In this document: piece by piece, positions 47,242 to 57,574 of the stretch | How the letters are laid out: the number at the start of each line of letters is the position of its first letter | Numbering within the stretch: the first letter of the stretch is position 1 | Source: Patescibacteria group bacterium | GTDB lineage: Bacteria; Patescibacteriota; Minisyncoccia; Phycocordibacterales; Phycocordibacteraceae | Length of the DNA: 62,068 nt | Direction of reading: 5' to 3' | Assembly: GCA_029260935.1 (NCBI GenBank) | Contig: JAJDCJ010000015.1 | Span: 1-62,068 of the forward strand | Position numbers and translations under genes: made by a program | Notes under the pieces: model-generated | Seen by the model: only the letters and a program-made list of their open reading frames with translations | What the model was told of the DNA's origin: nothing | The model's database searches: none

Positions 47242-48495
47242 ATGTCTTCTATGACTCAGGACTCAGAAAAAATAGAACAGAAAAAAGGAAGAAACATAAC
47301 AGGGGCACTGGTACTATTGGTCGGTGTTTTCCTCGGGGGTCTTTTTCTTGGTTCGTCTCAGTCAATTTCTGTATTAAGTCCATCCTTTGGTGCCAGCTCA
47401 GTTTCCGAATTGCCACCAGAGGATGTTAATTTCGGAGAACTATTTAAGGCATGGAGGATTCTAGAGACTAATTTTGCGCCAGCAACAACTACAGACGAAG
47501 TGAGTGATCAAGAAAAAGTATGGGGTGCTATCAAGGGACTCGCCAAATCATATGGTGATGACTACACGGTGTTTTTTCCTCCCGTTGAAAAAGAATTTTT
47601 TGAAAGCGAGGTCCGTGGTGATTTCGTTGGTGTCGGCATGGAAATTGGACTACGCGACGAAATACTGACTGTCATTGCTCCACTCAAAGACACGCCAGCG
47701 TATAGAGCAGGTCTTTTAAGTGGTGACAAGATTTTAACCATTGATGACGAGGATACTCGAGGCCTTGGTGTTGAGAGTGCAGTGAGTAAGATTCGTGGCG
47801 AGATAGGGACGCCAGTTGTATTTACGATTCTACGCGAAGGAGGAGCTCCATTTGAGGTAACCGTAATTCGCGACACAATTATTCTTCCTACTATTGAAAC
47901 AGAACTTACCCCCGAGGGAGTATTTGTCATACGACTGTTTGGTTTTAATGCACAAGCGCCACAATTTTTTCGTACCGCAGTACGAGAGTTTGCGGATTCA
48001 GGAAGCGACAAGATGATCATTGATCTGAGAGGAAACCCCGGAGGTTTTTTGGAAGTTGCCGTTGATATTGCGAGCTGGTTCCTGCCGGTAGGAAAAGCAA
48101 TTGTCATTGAAGACCACAATGATGATTCACAAAATACTTCACACCGAAGTCGTGGTTATAACGTTTTCACTGACCAACTCAAGTTAGTGGTTTTAATAAA
48201 CGAAGGATCTGCGTCTGCATCTGAAATCCTGGCAGGTGCATTGCGAGAACATGACAAAGCAACACTGATTGGGGAGACGTCGTTTGGAAAAGGATCAGTA
48301 CAACAAGTATTTCCTGTTTCCAGCGACACGTCACTGAAAATAACTATTGCCCGATGGCTCACCCCAAACGGTAACTCTATTTCAAATGGCGGTATCGTAC
48401 CTGACATAGAAGTGCCTTTTACCTCTGAGGATAGGGAAGCGGGGAATGACCCTCAATTAAAACGTGCCATTGAGTTTCTTGTTAACGGAGCATAG
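47242..48495 (+). CDS. S41 C-terminal processing protease
   Basis: PDZ, DLRGNPGG, SASASEI, SFGKGSVQ. Confidence 0.95.
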   Translation: MSSMTQDSEKIEQKKGRNITGALVLLVGVFLGGLFLGSSQSISVLSPSFGASSVSELPPEDVNFGELFKAWRILETNFAPATTTDEVSDQEKVWGAIKGLAKSYGDDYTVFFPPVEKEFFESEVRGDFVGVGMEIGLRDEILTVIAPLKDTPAYRAGLLSGDKILTIDDEDTRGLGVESAVSKIRGEIGTPVVFTILREGGAPFEVTVIRDTIILPTIETELTPEGVFVIRLFGFNAQAPQFFRTAVREFADSGSDKMIIDLRGNPGGFLEVAVDIASWFLPVGKAIVIEDHNDDSQNTSHRSRGYNVFTDQLKLVVLINEGSASASEILAGALREHDKATLIGETSFGKGSVQQVFPVSSDTSLKITIARWLTPNGNSISNGGIVPDIEVPFTSEDREAGNDPQLKRAIEFLVNGA

Positions 48496-48505
48496 ATTAG
48501 TGTGT

Positions 48506-48940
48506 ATGAAAGTTATACTACTTGTTGACGTAAAAAATGTAGGAAGGAAAGATGAAATTAAAATGGTGGCAGACGGCTATGCACAGAATGTGTTGTTGCC
48601 GAAAAAATTAGTACTTCCTGCAACGCCAGAACATATAAAACAACTTGAAAAAAAATCTACAAAAATAGCTGACAAAAAAGCACTTGACGAGATGTTGTTA
48701 ATAAATACACTCAAAGATATTGCAGGTAAAGAGCTAGTGCTTTCGCCTCGTGTTAATGAAACTGGAACGTTGTTTCAAACACTCCACACAAAAGATATCA
48801 TACACGCAGTTACAGAAACCTTTGGGGTAACTATCCCAGAGTCGGCTATTTCAGTTGCAGATATAAAAAATACCGGGACGTACCCGGCAACTCTTTCGTC
48901 TGGTTCATTTTCAGCTACCTTGACCGTAGTGGTAGGGTAG
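48506..48940 (+). CDS. rplI: 50S ribosomal protein L9
   Basis: MKVILLVDVKNVG...VADGYAQN.LLPK. Confidence 0.93.
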   Translation: MKVILLVDVKNVGRKDEIKMVADGYAQNVLLPKKLVLPATPEHIKQLEKKSTKIADKKALDEMLLINTLKDIAGKELVLSPRVNETGTLFQTLHTKDIIHAVTETFGVTIPESAISVADIKNTGTYPATLSSGSFSATLTVVVG

Positions 48941-48947
48941 AATTTCT

Positions 48948-49220
48948 CTAAGAAACTTTTACTAATTTCCTTGAGGTACGTGAACCATCAAAGCGTATTT
49001 TTCTAATATTTTTGTACGATACGATACCAGCGATTTTTGCAAAAAGAGTGTGATCTTTACCCATTGCAACTCCATCTCCTGCTATAAATTTAGTACCCCT
49101 TTGGCGCACAATAATATTACCTGGCGTCGCTTTCTGACCCGAGGCAAGTTTAAGACCCAAGTATTTTGGATTTGAGTCAGTTAGGTTTTTGGCGGAACCT
49201 CCCGCTTTTTTATGTGCCAT
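48948..49220 (-). CDS. rpmA: 50S ribosomal protein L27
   Basis: [18 protein letters not shown]. Confidence 0.97.
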   Translation of the reverse strand: MAHKKAGGSAKNLTDSNPKYLGLKLASGQKATPGNIIVRQRGTKFIAGDGVAMGKDHTLFAKIAGIVSYKNIRKIRFDGSRTSRKLVKVS

Positions 49221-49290
49221 ATAGTACTGTTTAGGGGCTAGGTGTGATGCTCTAGAGAAAAGAGGAACACTGATATACTAGCTAGGAGCT

Positions 49291-49674
49291 ATGATACAGA
49301 ATATAGTGGATAAAATCAAGGGTGTATCGTATGACGTATGGAGAGATATAGGTATTATTACCGTTATTGTTTTGGTGGCATTAGCGTCCTTTGGTATAGG
49401 GCGTTTATCCGTCATATATGGCCAAAAAGAGGACTTTGAGATTATATACCCACATCAGGGTGCGTCGGCCTTAGAGGCCGTAAATACAGCGTCTCAGGAG
49501 GGGCAGGGAGTGGTCAGTGGGGGATTTGTGGCCTCAAAAACAGGTTCAAAATATCACCTTCCGTGGTGTTCCGGTGCCCAGAGAATAAAAGAGTCAAACA
49601 AAGTCTTTTTCGGAACGAAAGTAGAGGCGGAAGCCGCTGGATACACTCCAGCCAAAAACTGCAAAGGACTTTAA
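49291..49674 (+). CDS. Membrane protein with C-terminal Ada-like metal-binding domain
   Basis: ASKTGSKYH..WC...EAEAAGY.P..NC. Confidence 0.8.
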   Translation: MIQNIVDKIKGVSYDVWRDIGIITVIVLVALASFGIGRLSVIYGQKEDFEIIYPHQGASALEAVNTASQEGQGVVSGGFVASKTGSKYHLPWCSGAQRIKESNKVFFGTKVEAEAAGYTPAKNCKGL

Positions 49675-49758
49675 AAGGTTGTAGGGAAAAATAAAAGTTA
49701 CCTGTGTTGATGTGAAAACTAGCACCTACAAGCCAAAAGCTGTAAGCTGTAGTTACCT

Positions 49759-50367
49759 ATGATTATTTTAGACATTGAAGCGTCGGGTACTAATTACCAA
49801 AAACATTCCATTGTTTCAATTGGGGCACTTGATTTTGATAACCCAACAAACCAGTTTTACGACGAGTGCCGTATTTGGGACGGAGCACATATTGACGAAG
49901 GTGCGCTTGCAGTAAATGGTTTTACAGAAGAAGAGCTTCGCGATCCGTCTAAGAAAACAGAGGCAGAAATAACCAAAGCGTTTATCGCATGGGCGCAAGA
50001 ATTAAGTGACTGGACTATTGTTGGCCAGAACCCATCATTTGATCGCGATTTTTTAAACGCCGCAACCACACGTGCTCATATAGACTTTCCTTTTGCATAC
50101 CGCACTATTGATACACATACACTGGCGTATATGCACATGGTGAATCATGGCGTGGAGCCACCGTTTGACCAACAAAGACACCGAACGGCACTTGATTTAG
50201 ATGCAGTGCTCAACTACACAGGTATCCCTGAAGAGCCCCACCCACATAATGCGTTAACAGGTGCACTGAGTCATGGAGAAGTTGCTTCGCGTCTTTTGTA
50301 TGACCGAGGACTTCTTCCTGATTTTGAACAGTATCCAATACCCTGGACGGTGCGTAAAAAACACTAA
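49759..50367 (+). CDS. DEDDh 3'-5' exonuclease family protein
   Basis: LDIEASG, QN.SFD, HNAL (final Asp replaced by Gly). Confidence 0.85.
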   Translation: MIILDIEASGTNYQKHSIVSIGALDFDNPTNQFYDECRIWDGAHIDEGALAVNGFTEEELRDPSKKTEAEITKAFIAWAQELSDWTIVGQNPSFDRDFLNAATTRAHIDFPFAYRTIDTHTLAYMHMVNHGVEPPFDQQRHRTALDLDAVLNYTGIPEEPHPHNALTGALSHGEVASRLLYDRGLLPDFEQYPIPWTVRKKH

Positions 50368-50434
50368 TGGTAACATAAGCTATATACAGCCAAAGATTAG
50401 AGCTGGTAGTACTATCTAACTAAAAGAAAGACCT

Positions 50435-51133
50435 ATGCAAACACCTGATGAACGCAGACTGGAAGATGATTTTCGCCAATGCGACCCTGATAAAGTTAAC
50501 CACACTGACCGAGACGACCCCTCACGTATTACGCGAATATCACGTGAATTAGAAGAGGGCTTTGAGTTACTAAAAAAATATAAACTGTCGGCTACCTTTT
50601 TTGGGTCAGCGCGTTGCGGTGTGGGCGATTCAATATATGAAGATGCAACAGCGCTTGCGCATAAATTGGCACTTTCAAACTTCACTGTTATAACTGGTGG
50701 GGCAGGGGGTGTAATGCAGGCGGCAAATAAAGGCGCTTTTGAGGCAAAAAAAGATTCAGTTGGATTGAATATTACATTACCTAATGAACAGTCAACTAAT
50801 AAGTACCTTACCGACGAGAAAACATTTACCTATTTCTTCACTCGCAAGGTAATGCTTACGTTTGCCTCTGAAGTCTATATTTATTTCCCTGGTGGATTTG
50901 GCACATTTGACGAGTTGTTTGAAATACTTACACTCATTCAAACTAAAAAAATTAGACGTATCCCGGTAGTGCTCTACGGAAAAGAATATTGGGACCCTAT
51001 CGTTGACCTTCTCAAAAATCACCTCGTTGCTAAATACAAAACTATCAGCCCTGAAGACCTTGACCTATTTGTCGTGGTTAATTCAGTTGAAGATGCCTAT
51101 ACAAAAATTATAGATTCTGTTGAGTGCGCATAA
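50435..51133 (+). CDS. LOG-family (TIGR00730) protein
   Basis: FGSAR, TGG.GGVM, PGGFGTFDELFE. Confidence 0.92.
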   Translation: MQTPDERRLEDDFRQCDPDKVNHTDRDDPSRITRISRELEEGFELLKKYKLSATFFGSARCGVGDSIYEDATALAHKLALSNFTVITGGAGGVMQAANKGAFEAKKDSVGLNITLPNEQSTNKYLTDEKTFTYFFTRKVMLTFASEVYIYFPGGFGTFDELFEILTLIQTKKIRRIPVVLYGKEYWDPIVDLLKNHLVAKYKTISPEDLDLFVVVNSVEDAYTKIIDSVECA

Positions 51134-51184
51134 AATGGGCATTTTTAGGGAAATACATACTATAAAATAGCTTCAGAGAGGTAC

Positions 51185-51213
51185 TTGACAAGACTATTTG
51201 AAACTGCTATAAT
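51185..51213 (+). promoter_or_regulatory. Consensus sigma70 promoter
   Basis: TTGACA-17-TATAAT. Confidence 0.8.
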
Positions 51214-51315
51214 CTTGAAAAGAGCTCGTATGTACGGGCTTTTTTTATTGGGCAGCTTTGATGTAATTTTAACGTCTTTATAGATGAGAATTAAGGAAAA
51301 GCAGGCCTAAAAAAT

Positions 51316-51720
51316 ATGTTTATATCAATACTATTGTTTCTTGCCAGCGCTACATTTGCAGCGCCAACAGTTCTCTCACAGAGCGAGGTTATTGAAATTC
51401 CACCCACGGTTGAATCGCTTGGAGAGCATGTAAGAGAATACTACTCAGAGACCCCGGTGCTTGCCGACATTGCATGGTGTGAAAGCCGTATGCGTCATGT
51501 TGGTGAAAATGGGGCTGTCCTTCGTGGAATGGTAGATTCCGATGACATAGGTGTGATGCAGATCAATACACGGTACCACCAAGCTACAGCAGATGAACTA
51601 GAATTAGATATTTATTCACTCCATGGCAACCTAGACTACGCCCGTTTCCTTTACGATACGCAGGGCACACGACCTTGGAATGCCTCCCGAAAATGTTGGG
51701 ATAAAATTGCCTCTTTATAA
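51316..51720 (+). CDS. Secreted lysozyme-like / lytic transglycosylase domain protein
   Basis: Signal peptide, CES, GVMQIN, G..PW..S..CW. Confidence 0.8.
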   Translation: MFISILLFLASATFAAPTVLSQSEVIEIPPTVESLGEHVREYYSETPVLADIAWCESRMRHVGENGAVLRGMVDSDDIGVMQINTRYHQATADELELDIYSLHGNLDYARFLYDTQGTRPWNASRKCWDKIASL

Positions 51721-51724
51721 TATC

Positions 51725-51749
51725 AAAACCCGCTATTTTAGCGGGTTTT
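51725..51749. terminator. Intrinsic terminator
   Basis: aaaacccgcta...tagcgggtttt. Confidence 0.75.
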
Positions 51750-51784
51750 CTATATTTTAAGACACTATGATAGTATACAAATAT

Positions 51785-52048
51785 ATGATTGAGGCACCTA
51801 AAAATATAGAAAGTAAGACAGAAGAGTCCATTTCACTACCTTCAATGGTGCTTGCAGTAATTCTCAGTTTGGTTGCCACTGGGTCTTTGTTTCCAATTCA
51901 TGAGTATTTAGTGAGTCCAAACCTTGATGGTGTAGACAAGATAGTCACAATGTTTGGATTAGGTGCGTTGTTAATTCCTACCGCCGCGAGTGCTGGCTCA
52001 GTGGCGGGCTTATATATAGAAAAAAAAGCACTTTCACCACGAAGGTAA
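51785..52048 (+). CDS. Small two-TM membrane protein
   Basis: Two hydrophobic segments; terminator-like hairpin after it. Confidence 0.6.
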   Translation: MIEAPKNIESKTEESISLPSMVLAVILSLVATGSLFPIHEYLVSPNLDGVDKIVTMFGLGALLIPTAASAGSVAGLYIEKKALSPRR

Positions 52049-52150
52049 TATACCGCAACAAAAAACTTCTCGGGAACGAGAGGTTTTTTATTTTGAGAGA
52101 GAATGACAACTGTGGAAAGACGAAAATAGGGGAGTTAGAATAGTATGTAT

Positions 52151-52276
52151 ATGAATCCTGGATACGAGGGCTATAAAGTTCCACGCAGGTTCCGACTCAG
52201 CCACCTGCTTGCCTTAACCGCAGTTGTTATATTTATAGTGGGAGTACCCAGCTTCCTTTATTTCTCCCAAGACTAA
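52151..52276 (+). CDS. 41-aa single-TM micro-protein
   Basis: MNPGYEGYKVPRRFRLSHLLALTAVVIFIVGVPSFLYFSQD; TAGAAT upstream. Confidence 0.5.
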   Translation: MNPGYEGYKVPRRFRLSHLLALTAVVIFIVGVPSFLYFSQD

Positions 52277-52391
52277 ATTGAGATCCCTTCAAGCAGGGAA
52301 GTGTTGCCCCATAGGAAATTCTAAGGTGCGCACAATATATCTTTTGCGCAGATACGGCCGATAGACCCCCAGCGAGGTACTATGAATAGAT

Positions 52392-52559
52392 ATGGAGAAT
52401 CATATTGAACGATGTGGTTCCGTGGACACTTCACTGCTTCTGATTGTACTAGTGGTGTTTTTATCTGGCACTTTAGTGTCTGCAGCGTATATGCTTGGAC
52501 GGAAACATGCTTATAACGAAACTACAGCAGAACTACCTCCGTATTGGAAAGAAAAGTAA
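52392..52559 (+). CDS. 55-aa single-TM micro-protein
   Basis: MENHIERCGSVDTSLLLIVLVVFLSG...; TACTAT upstream. Confidence 0.5.
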   Translation: MENHIERCGSVDTSLLLIVLVVFLSGTLVSAAYMLGRKHAYNETTAELPPYWKEK

Positions 52560-52587
52560 CAGTACTTCCCTATCTGTTTTATATATT

Positions 52588-53949
52588 TTATAGATATGAC
52601 AAAGGGTTCAGATATGCCTTTGTTGGGGCCACTGGTATATAGGCATTGGCACAGTTGGTTCTAGTTTTGATGTCACCAAGACGGACAATTTTAACGGCAT
52701 CTGCTGCAAAAACCGTAAAATGCAGGTGTGGACCAGTTGAAAATCCTGTATTTCCTGAATAACCTACGAGAGAACCTGTGGCGACTGGTTCCCCTTTAGA
52801 TACACTAATATGTGAAAGGTGCGCATATAAAGATGATAAACCATTAGTGTGCTTTACCAAGGCCCATTTACCGTAGCTGTAGCATCCACGTATCTTATCA
52901 GTGTTACCGGTTGCCTCCACAATACCTGAGAGTGCAGAAACTACCTTAGTGCCTTCAGGGGCGCCAAAATCAATGCCGTTGTGACCTTTTCCGTTATAAG
53001 CACCACCTCGGGCAAACGCCGTGTTACCAAAAGACTGAGTAAGACAATAAAGGTTCCCAAAAGTAGCTTTCCTATCCCCACAACGGCTAATAAAGCTTGG
53101 ATCAAGTGGAAATGTTAAAACACCGCTACCGGTTGCCGGTAGTGTGGATGGGTCAAGGGTAAACACAAGTTGTGCCTCAAAATCACGCAGCTCAGATTCT
53201 AACTGTTCGCGCGCTTCCCTTTTTTCTCGTATTAATTTTTGAAATTCTGTTTCTTTTTGTTTTGTTACAGAAAGAACACTGGATTGTTTCTTTTTATTTT
53301 GATCAAGAATTGTCTTTTGTCCGGAAAGTTCTCGTTTAAAAGAAACCAGCTGTCCTTGTTTTTTTGCAACGGACTTGTAGTTTTCTTCTAATGACTCTTT
53401 CACTGTCTCAAGTTGTATAACTTCTTCAGTCAATACTTCCTGCACTTTTCTTAGTTGATCTGCATCTTCCCACGCTAAAGAAAATGAACTCCCTGCAAGA
53501 AAATGTTCAACGATAGTGATGTCATCAATACGTGAAATAAGTCGGAGTGATTTTTGTATTGCTTTATTACTCTCATCAATACGCTGTATATTTTTATCAA
53601 TTCTTCCATCAAGCTCTTCAAGCTGTAAACCAGCTGTTGCAATACGGTTTACAGTAACGGCAATATCCGTTGCTATTTTCTTTCGTGATATGTCCAAACG
53701 GGCAATTTCAGCTTCTAACGTCTTACGATCCGCACCTACTTTCAGCAAATCTGCTTCAAAACGAGCAATTTCAGACTCCAAATCCTGTAGTTGTTGGTTT
53801 CTTTCAGTTATTTTTGCCTGCAGTTGAGAGACGATATCTGCATTAGCTGGTGTAACACTTAAGGCAAGTGCCAAAAGCACAAAAAAGGCACCAAGGATAA
53901 CCTCAGGGAAGTTTAGAGATTGCAGTTTGAATACGCGAAATAACTTCAT
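52588..53949 (-). CDS. Coiled-coil plus M23 peptidase (murein hydrolase)
   Basis: HNGID, YAHL, SGNTGFSTGPHLH; start uncertain. Confidence 0.92.
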   Translation of the reverse strand: MKLFRVFKLQSLNFPEVILGAFFVLLALALSVTPANADIVSQLQAKITERNQQLQDLESEIARFEADLLKVGADRKTLEAEIARLDISRKKIATDIAVTVNRIATAGLQLEELDGRIDKNIQRIDESNKAIQKSLRLISRIDDITIVEHFLAGSSFSLAWEDADQLRKVQEVLTEEVIQLETVKESLEENYKSVAKKQGQLVSFKRELSGQKTILDQNKKKQSSVLSVTKQKETEFQKLIREKREAREQLESELRDFEAQLVFTLDPSTLPATGSGVLTFPLDPSFISRCGDRKATFGNLYCLTQSFGNTAFARGGAYNGKGHNGIDFGAPEGTKVVSALSGIVEATGNTDKIRGCYSYGKWALVKHTNGLSSLYAHLSHISVSKGEPVATGSLVGYSGNTGFSTGPHLHFTVFAADAVKIVRLGDIKTRTNCANAYIPVAPTKAYLNPLSYL

Positions 53950-55246
53950 CTTTACCTAGTATACCAGCAACTTCAAACGGGTCTGGTGATTTTTCTCGTC
54001 CGGTGAGTGCAAATCGTAGTGGCCATAATACGTCTCCACGCCCCTCTTTCTCAGCGTATTGCCATATCCCCTCTTTTATGGTGTTATATGTCCAATTATT
54101 TTCAGGTACAGCAGATAAGTATTCAGCGGTTTTTTCTAAATGTTTTTTTGTTTGTGCTTCGTCTGGATTTTTATGCCAGAGAAGTCCTTCTTTTTTATAT
54201 TCAGGATGGAAAACAAAATACCCTAACTCCCCTTCCCTTTCCATTTCTTCAAGTTCATGAAATATTCCAATACGTTCGCGTATAACAGGAAGGACTTGGT
54301 CAAAACGTCCAGACTTCTCTAGTGCTTCGCCAAATCCAGCGCTGATATGTTTTTTAACTTCTTCTTTAAAGGTTTCGTCCGGTATCAGGTGAAGGTGTTC
54401 TTTATTAAACCAATGTAGTTTCGTCTCATCATATATAGCACCTGACTTCTGCACCTGACTTAAATCAAAACGTTCAATGAGTTGTTCTTTGCTAAACAAC
54501 TCTTCGTCAGTTCCGGGATGCCATCCCAACATTGAAAGATAATTTAAAATCGCCTCTGGTAAATATCCAAGGTCGCGATATTCAAGTAGCGCACGGGCGC
54601 CCTTTCTTTTTGAAAGTTTTGAACGATCAGGGGCAAGCACGAGTGGCAAATGCACATACTTTGGAAGATGCGCACCGAGCGCTTGGTAAATGAGCATTTG
54701 ACGTGGTGTATTTGAAATATGATCTTCTCCACGAATGACATGTGTTACTCCTTGTAAAGAATCATCAACAACATTTGCTAAGTGAAACACGGGCTCAGTA
54801 AAACTTTTTCCAATCACGAAATCTCCTAAGTCGGTTGTATCAACGGTTATGTCACCGCGTACAATGTCAGTGAATGTTATCTCTTTATTAGGGTTTCTAA
54901 AACGAATGATTTCCTTATCTTCTCCGTCTCTATTTTTTTCTTTTGAAACATAGGCACTGTCACGACTTACAAAATCACGGAGCACACGTTCATGGTCCTC
55001 CACCCACTCACTTTGGCGGTGCATTGAATCATATTCCAAACCAAGCCACACAAGAGACTCAATAATATTATCTTCATATTTTTTCTCGGATCGTGTTTTG
55101 TCGGTGTCTTCAATACGTAATACAAAAGTGCCGTTAGTGTGACGCGCGAAAAGATACGCAAAAACTGCCGTGCGGTAGTTTCCGGCGTGTAAAAACCCCG
55201 TTGGGCTTGGCGCAAAGCGTGTTACATATTGCATTGTGTTATGCAT
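53903..55246 (-). CDS. gltX: Glutamyl-tRNA synthetase
   Basis: RFAPSPTGFLHAG, RIEDTD, KLSKR. Confidence 0.97.
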   Translation of the reverse strand: MHNTMQYVTRFAPSPTGFLHAGNYRTAVFAYLFARHTNGTFVLRIEDTDKTRSEKKYEDNIIESLVWLGLEYDSMHRQSEWVEDHERVLRDFVSRDSAYVSKEKNRDGEDKEIIRFRNPNKEITFTDIVRGDITVDTTDLGDFVIGKSFTEPVFHLANVVDDSLQGVTHVIRGEDHISNTPRQMLIYQALGAHLPKYVHLPLVLAPDRSKLSKRKGARALLEYRDLGYLPEAILNYLSMLGWHPGTDEELFSKEQLIERFDLSQVQKSGAIYDETKLHWFNKEHLHLIPDETFKEEVKKHISAGFGEALEKSGRFDQVLPVIRERIGIFHELEEMEREGELGYFVFHPEYKKEGLLWHKNPDEAQTKKHLEKTAEYLSAVPENNWTYNTIKEGIWQYAEKEGRGDVLWPLRFALTGREKSPDPFEVAGILGKDEVISRIQTAISKLP

Positions 55247-55303
55247 AGTGTCTGTAATAATACCTTAAAATATGACGTAAATGGAATTTTTTAATAGTGC
55301 GGT

Positions 55304-56443
55304 TTATGTTTCGTGCGCGAGCGCCATATCAAGAAGAGCTTCAGCCACCACGTGCGCTGCGTCTGGTTTTGCAAATGTACGTGCCGCTTCAGCCATATCA
55401 TTTCGTGCCTTCGGATTGGTAAAGAGTCGTTTAATTTCAGCTAAAAGAAGGTGTGGCGTAAAGTTATTCTGATCTATCACTATTGAAGCTCCTGCGTGTG
55501 CGTATGCAAAGGCGTTGAGTCTCTGGTCACGGCTTACATTTTCAGGAATCGGAACAAGAATTGATGCTTTGCCCCAGGATGCAATCTCTGCAATGTTTCC
55601 TGAACCGGCTCTGCTTACCACTAAGTCGGCAACACCAGCCGACATTTTTGTAGCCAATGGAGAAAGAAAGTCAAATGCTTTATAGCGAAACCGCTTTTCG
55701 TTTTTTTCTAAAATTACCCGCGCGGTCTCTTTCACCAATTCAAAGTTTTTTTGACCAGTTTGATGTATTACTTGGTAGTCAGCAACCAGTTCAGAAAGTG
55801 CAGAAAGCACTACATCGTTGATTTTTTCAGAACCAGATGACCCACCGAGGATAAGTACTGTCGGTATATTTGTCTCTAACTCAAGAAAAGCATGCGCCCC
55901 ATCAGTGGCCGGTGTCCGCACATCTCGGCGAATAGGATTTCCAGTGAGGGCAATACGTGATTTTATTTTTTCGGGGAAATATTCCAAGGCGCCTTCGTAC
56001 GATAGCGCTATTTTTTTTGCATACGGGGCGGCCATTAATGTGGCCCGACCCGGAATAGCATCAGAGTCATGGATAAGGATGGGGATTTTTAGAAAACGCG
56101 CAGCAATCAGTGTTGGCACTGAACCATACCCCCCTTTTGAAAATACGACATCTGGGTACACTTGGTAGAGTTTGAACATTGTACCAAGAATACCAAAAAA
56201 TGTTTTGAAGACATCAAAGAAGTTTTGTATGGAAAAATAGCGTCGCATCTTCCCTGCCGGTGTCTTTATAAAACTAATATTGTTTTCAAACAGTAGACGT
56301 TCGTCATACGGGGCGGGTCCAAAAAAATATAACTCCGGTTCAAGGATTTTCTTCTCTTTTATTAAATCCTTCAACTCTTCGGCAACGGCAATAATTGGGT
56401 AGAAGTGCCCGCCTGTTCCTCCTCCAGTAAAAACAATTTTCAT
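55304..56443 (-). CDS. murG: MurG glycosyltransferase
   Basis: TGGGTGGH, GGYGS, GGSSG, SRAG. Confidence 0.96.
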   Translation of the reverse strand: MKIVFTGGGTGGHFYPIIAVAEELKDLIKEKKILEPELYFFGPAPYDERLLFENNISFIKTPAGKMRRYFSIQNFFDVFKTFFGILGTMFKLYQVYPDVVFSKGGYGSVPTLIAARFLKIPILIHDSDAIPGRATLMAAPYAKKIALSYEGALEYFPEKIKSRIALTGNPIRRDVRTPATDGAHAFLELETNIPTVLILGGSSGSEKINDVVLSALSELVADYQVIHQTGQKNFELVKETARVILEKNEKRFRYKAFDFLSPLATKMSAGVADLVVSRAGSGNIAEIASWGKASILVPIPENVSRDQRLNAFAYAHAGASIVIDQNNFTPHLLLAEIKRLFTNPKARNDMAEAARTFAKPDAAHVVAEALLDMALAHET

Positions 56444-56446
56444 AGT

Positions 56447-57550
56447 TTATTTAGTTTTTGCAAATCGCGAAATATTTAAGAGAATACCCACTGATGCTAG
56501 TGCCATAAATAGCGCAGTCCCTCCGTGGCTTATAAAAATAAGCGGGAGGCCAGTTAATGGAAAAACAGCAAGCATTGAGCCAATGTTTAAAAACGACTGA
56601 ACCAAAATCAGTATAGCAATACCAACCGCTACCAGTCCACTAAACATATCCGGGGCACGAGAGGCAATAGAAAGACTTTTCAGCGCCAAAACAAGGAATC
56701 CAAAAATTAAGATTACCCCCCCTATAAAGCCAAACTCCTCTGCAAAAACCGCAAAGATTGAATCTGATGTCGGCTCTGGTAAATGGGTAAACTTCTGGAT
56801 ACTTTGCCCAAAGCCACGGCCAAAAATCTGCCCTGAACCGACAGCAATCAGTGACTGTCTCACTTGAAAACTTGAACCGAGTGGGTCAGACGTTGGGTTG
56901 ATAAATGTTTTGACACGGTCAAATGCATAATCGCGAGAGAAGATTAATCCACTCAGTCCAATTACCCCAATTAAAAACAGTACTGCGATATCTTTAAACT
57001 TGGCGCCAGAGGCAAAATAAAGTGCACCGCCCGTCATTGCGATAACAAGAAATGTTCCTGTGTCAGGTTGTATTAACAATAGGAGAGCAACTATTCCTGT
57101 AGTAAATAAAAATGGGCCAACCCTTTGCAGAAAAGGTAATTTTTTTGAACGTCTTTTTGAAAGCCAGGAGGCAAGGTACAAGACATAGGCAATTTTCAGT
57201 AACTCAGAAGGTTGAAATGTAGTGACACCTAAGTCAAGCCATCGTCGGGCACCATTCAACTCAAGACCAACGCCCGGTACAAACACTAACAGCGTTGCAA
57301 TACTCGCAAGAATAAAAATATACAACGAATACTGCCGCCAGAAACGGTACGGAATATGACTCGTTACATAGAGTGCGATAAATCCCCCCACAATACCTAA
57401 TACAAATTGAGATGTTGCGATATCTGAAAACTGATACCCTTCGCGCGCCAATAATCCCAGTGACGCAGAAATAAATATAAGAAAACCCCCTATAACAAGT
57501 GTAACTACCGAGAAAAATATAGTTGCGTCAAATGGTTTTTTTCTATACAT
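56447..57550 (-). CDS. ftsW: SEDS peptidoglycan polymerase
   Basis: NGARRW, FQPSE, QPDTGT, SDSIFAVFAEE, ISHGG. Confidence 0.93.
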   Translation of the reverse strand: MYRKKPFDATIFFSVVTLVIGGFLIFISASLGLLAREGYQFSDIATSQFVLGIVGGFIALYVTSHIPYRFWRQYSLYIFILASIATLLVFVPGVGLELNGARRWLDLGVTTFQPSELLKIAYVLYLASWLSKRRSKKLPFLQRVGPFLFTTGIVALLLLIQPDTGTFLVIAMTGGALYFASGAKFKDIAVLFLIGVIGLSGLIFSRDYAFDRVKTFINPTSDPLGSSFQVRQSLIAVGSGQIFGRGFGQSIQKFTHLPEPTSDSIFAVFAEEFGFIGGVILIFGFLVLALKSLSIASRAPDMFSGLVAVGIAILILVQSFLNIGSMLAVFPLTGLPLIFISHGGTALFMALASVGILLNISRFAKTK

Positions 57551-57574
57551 CTCTTCAATAGTACATGAAATATG

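Noticed and set aside
52090..52380. RNase P RNA or tmRNA candidate
   Set aside because: No conserved P4 or tRNA-like termini found; small TM ORFs explain the region better.
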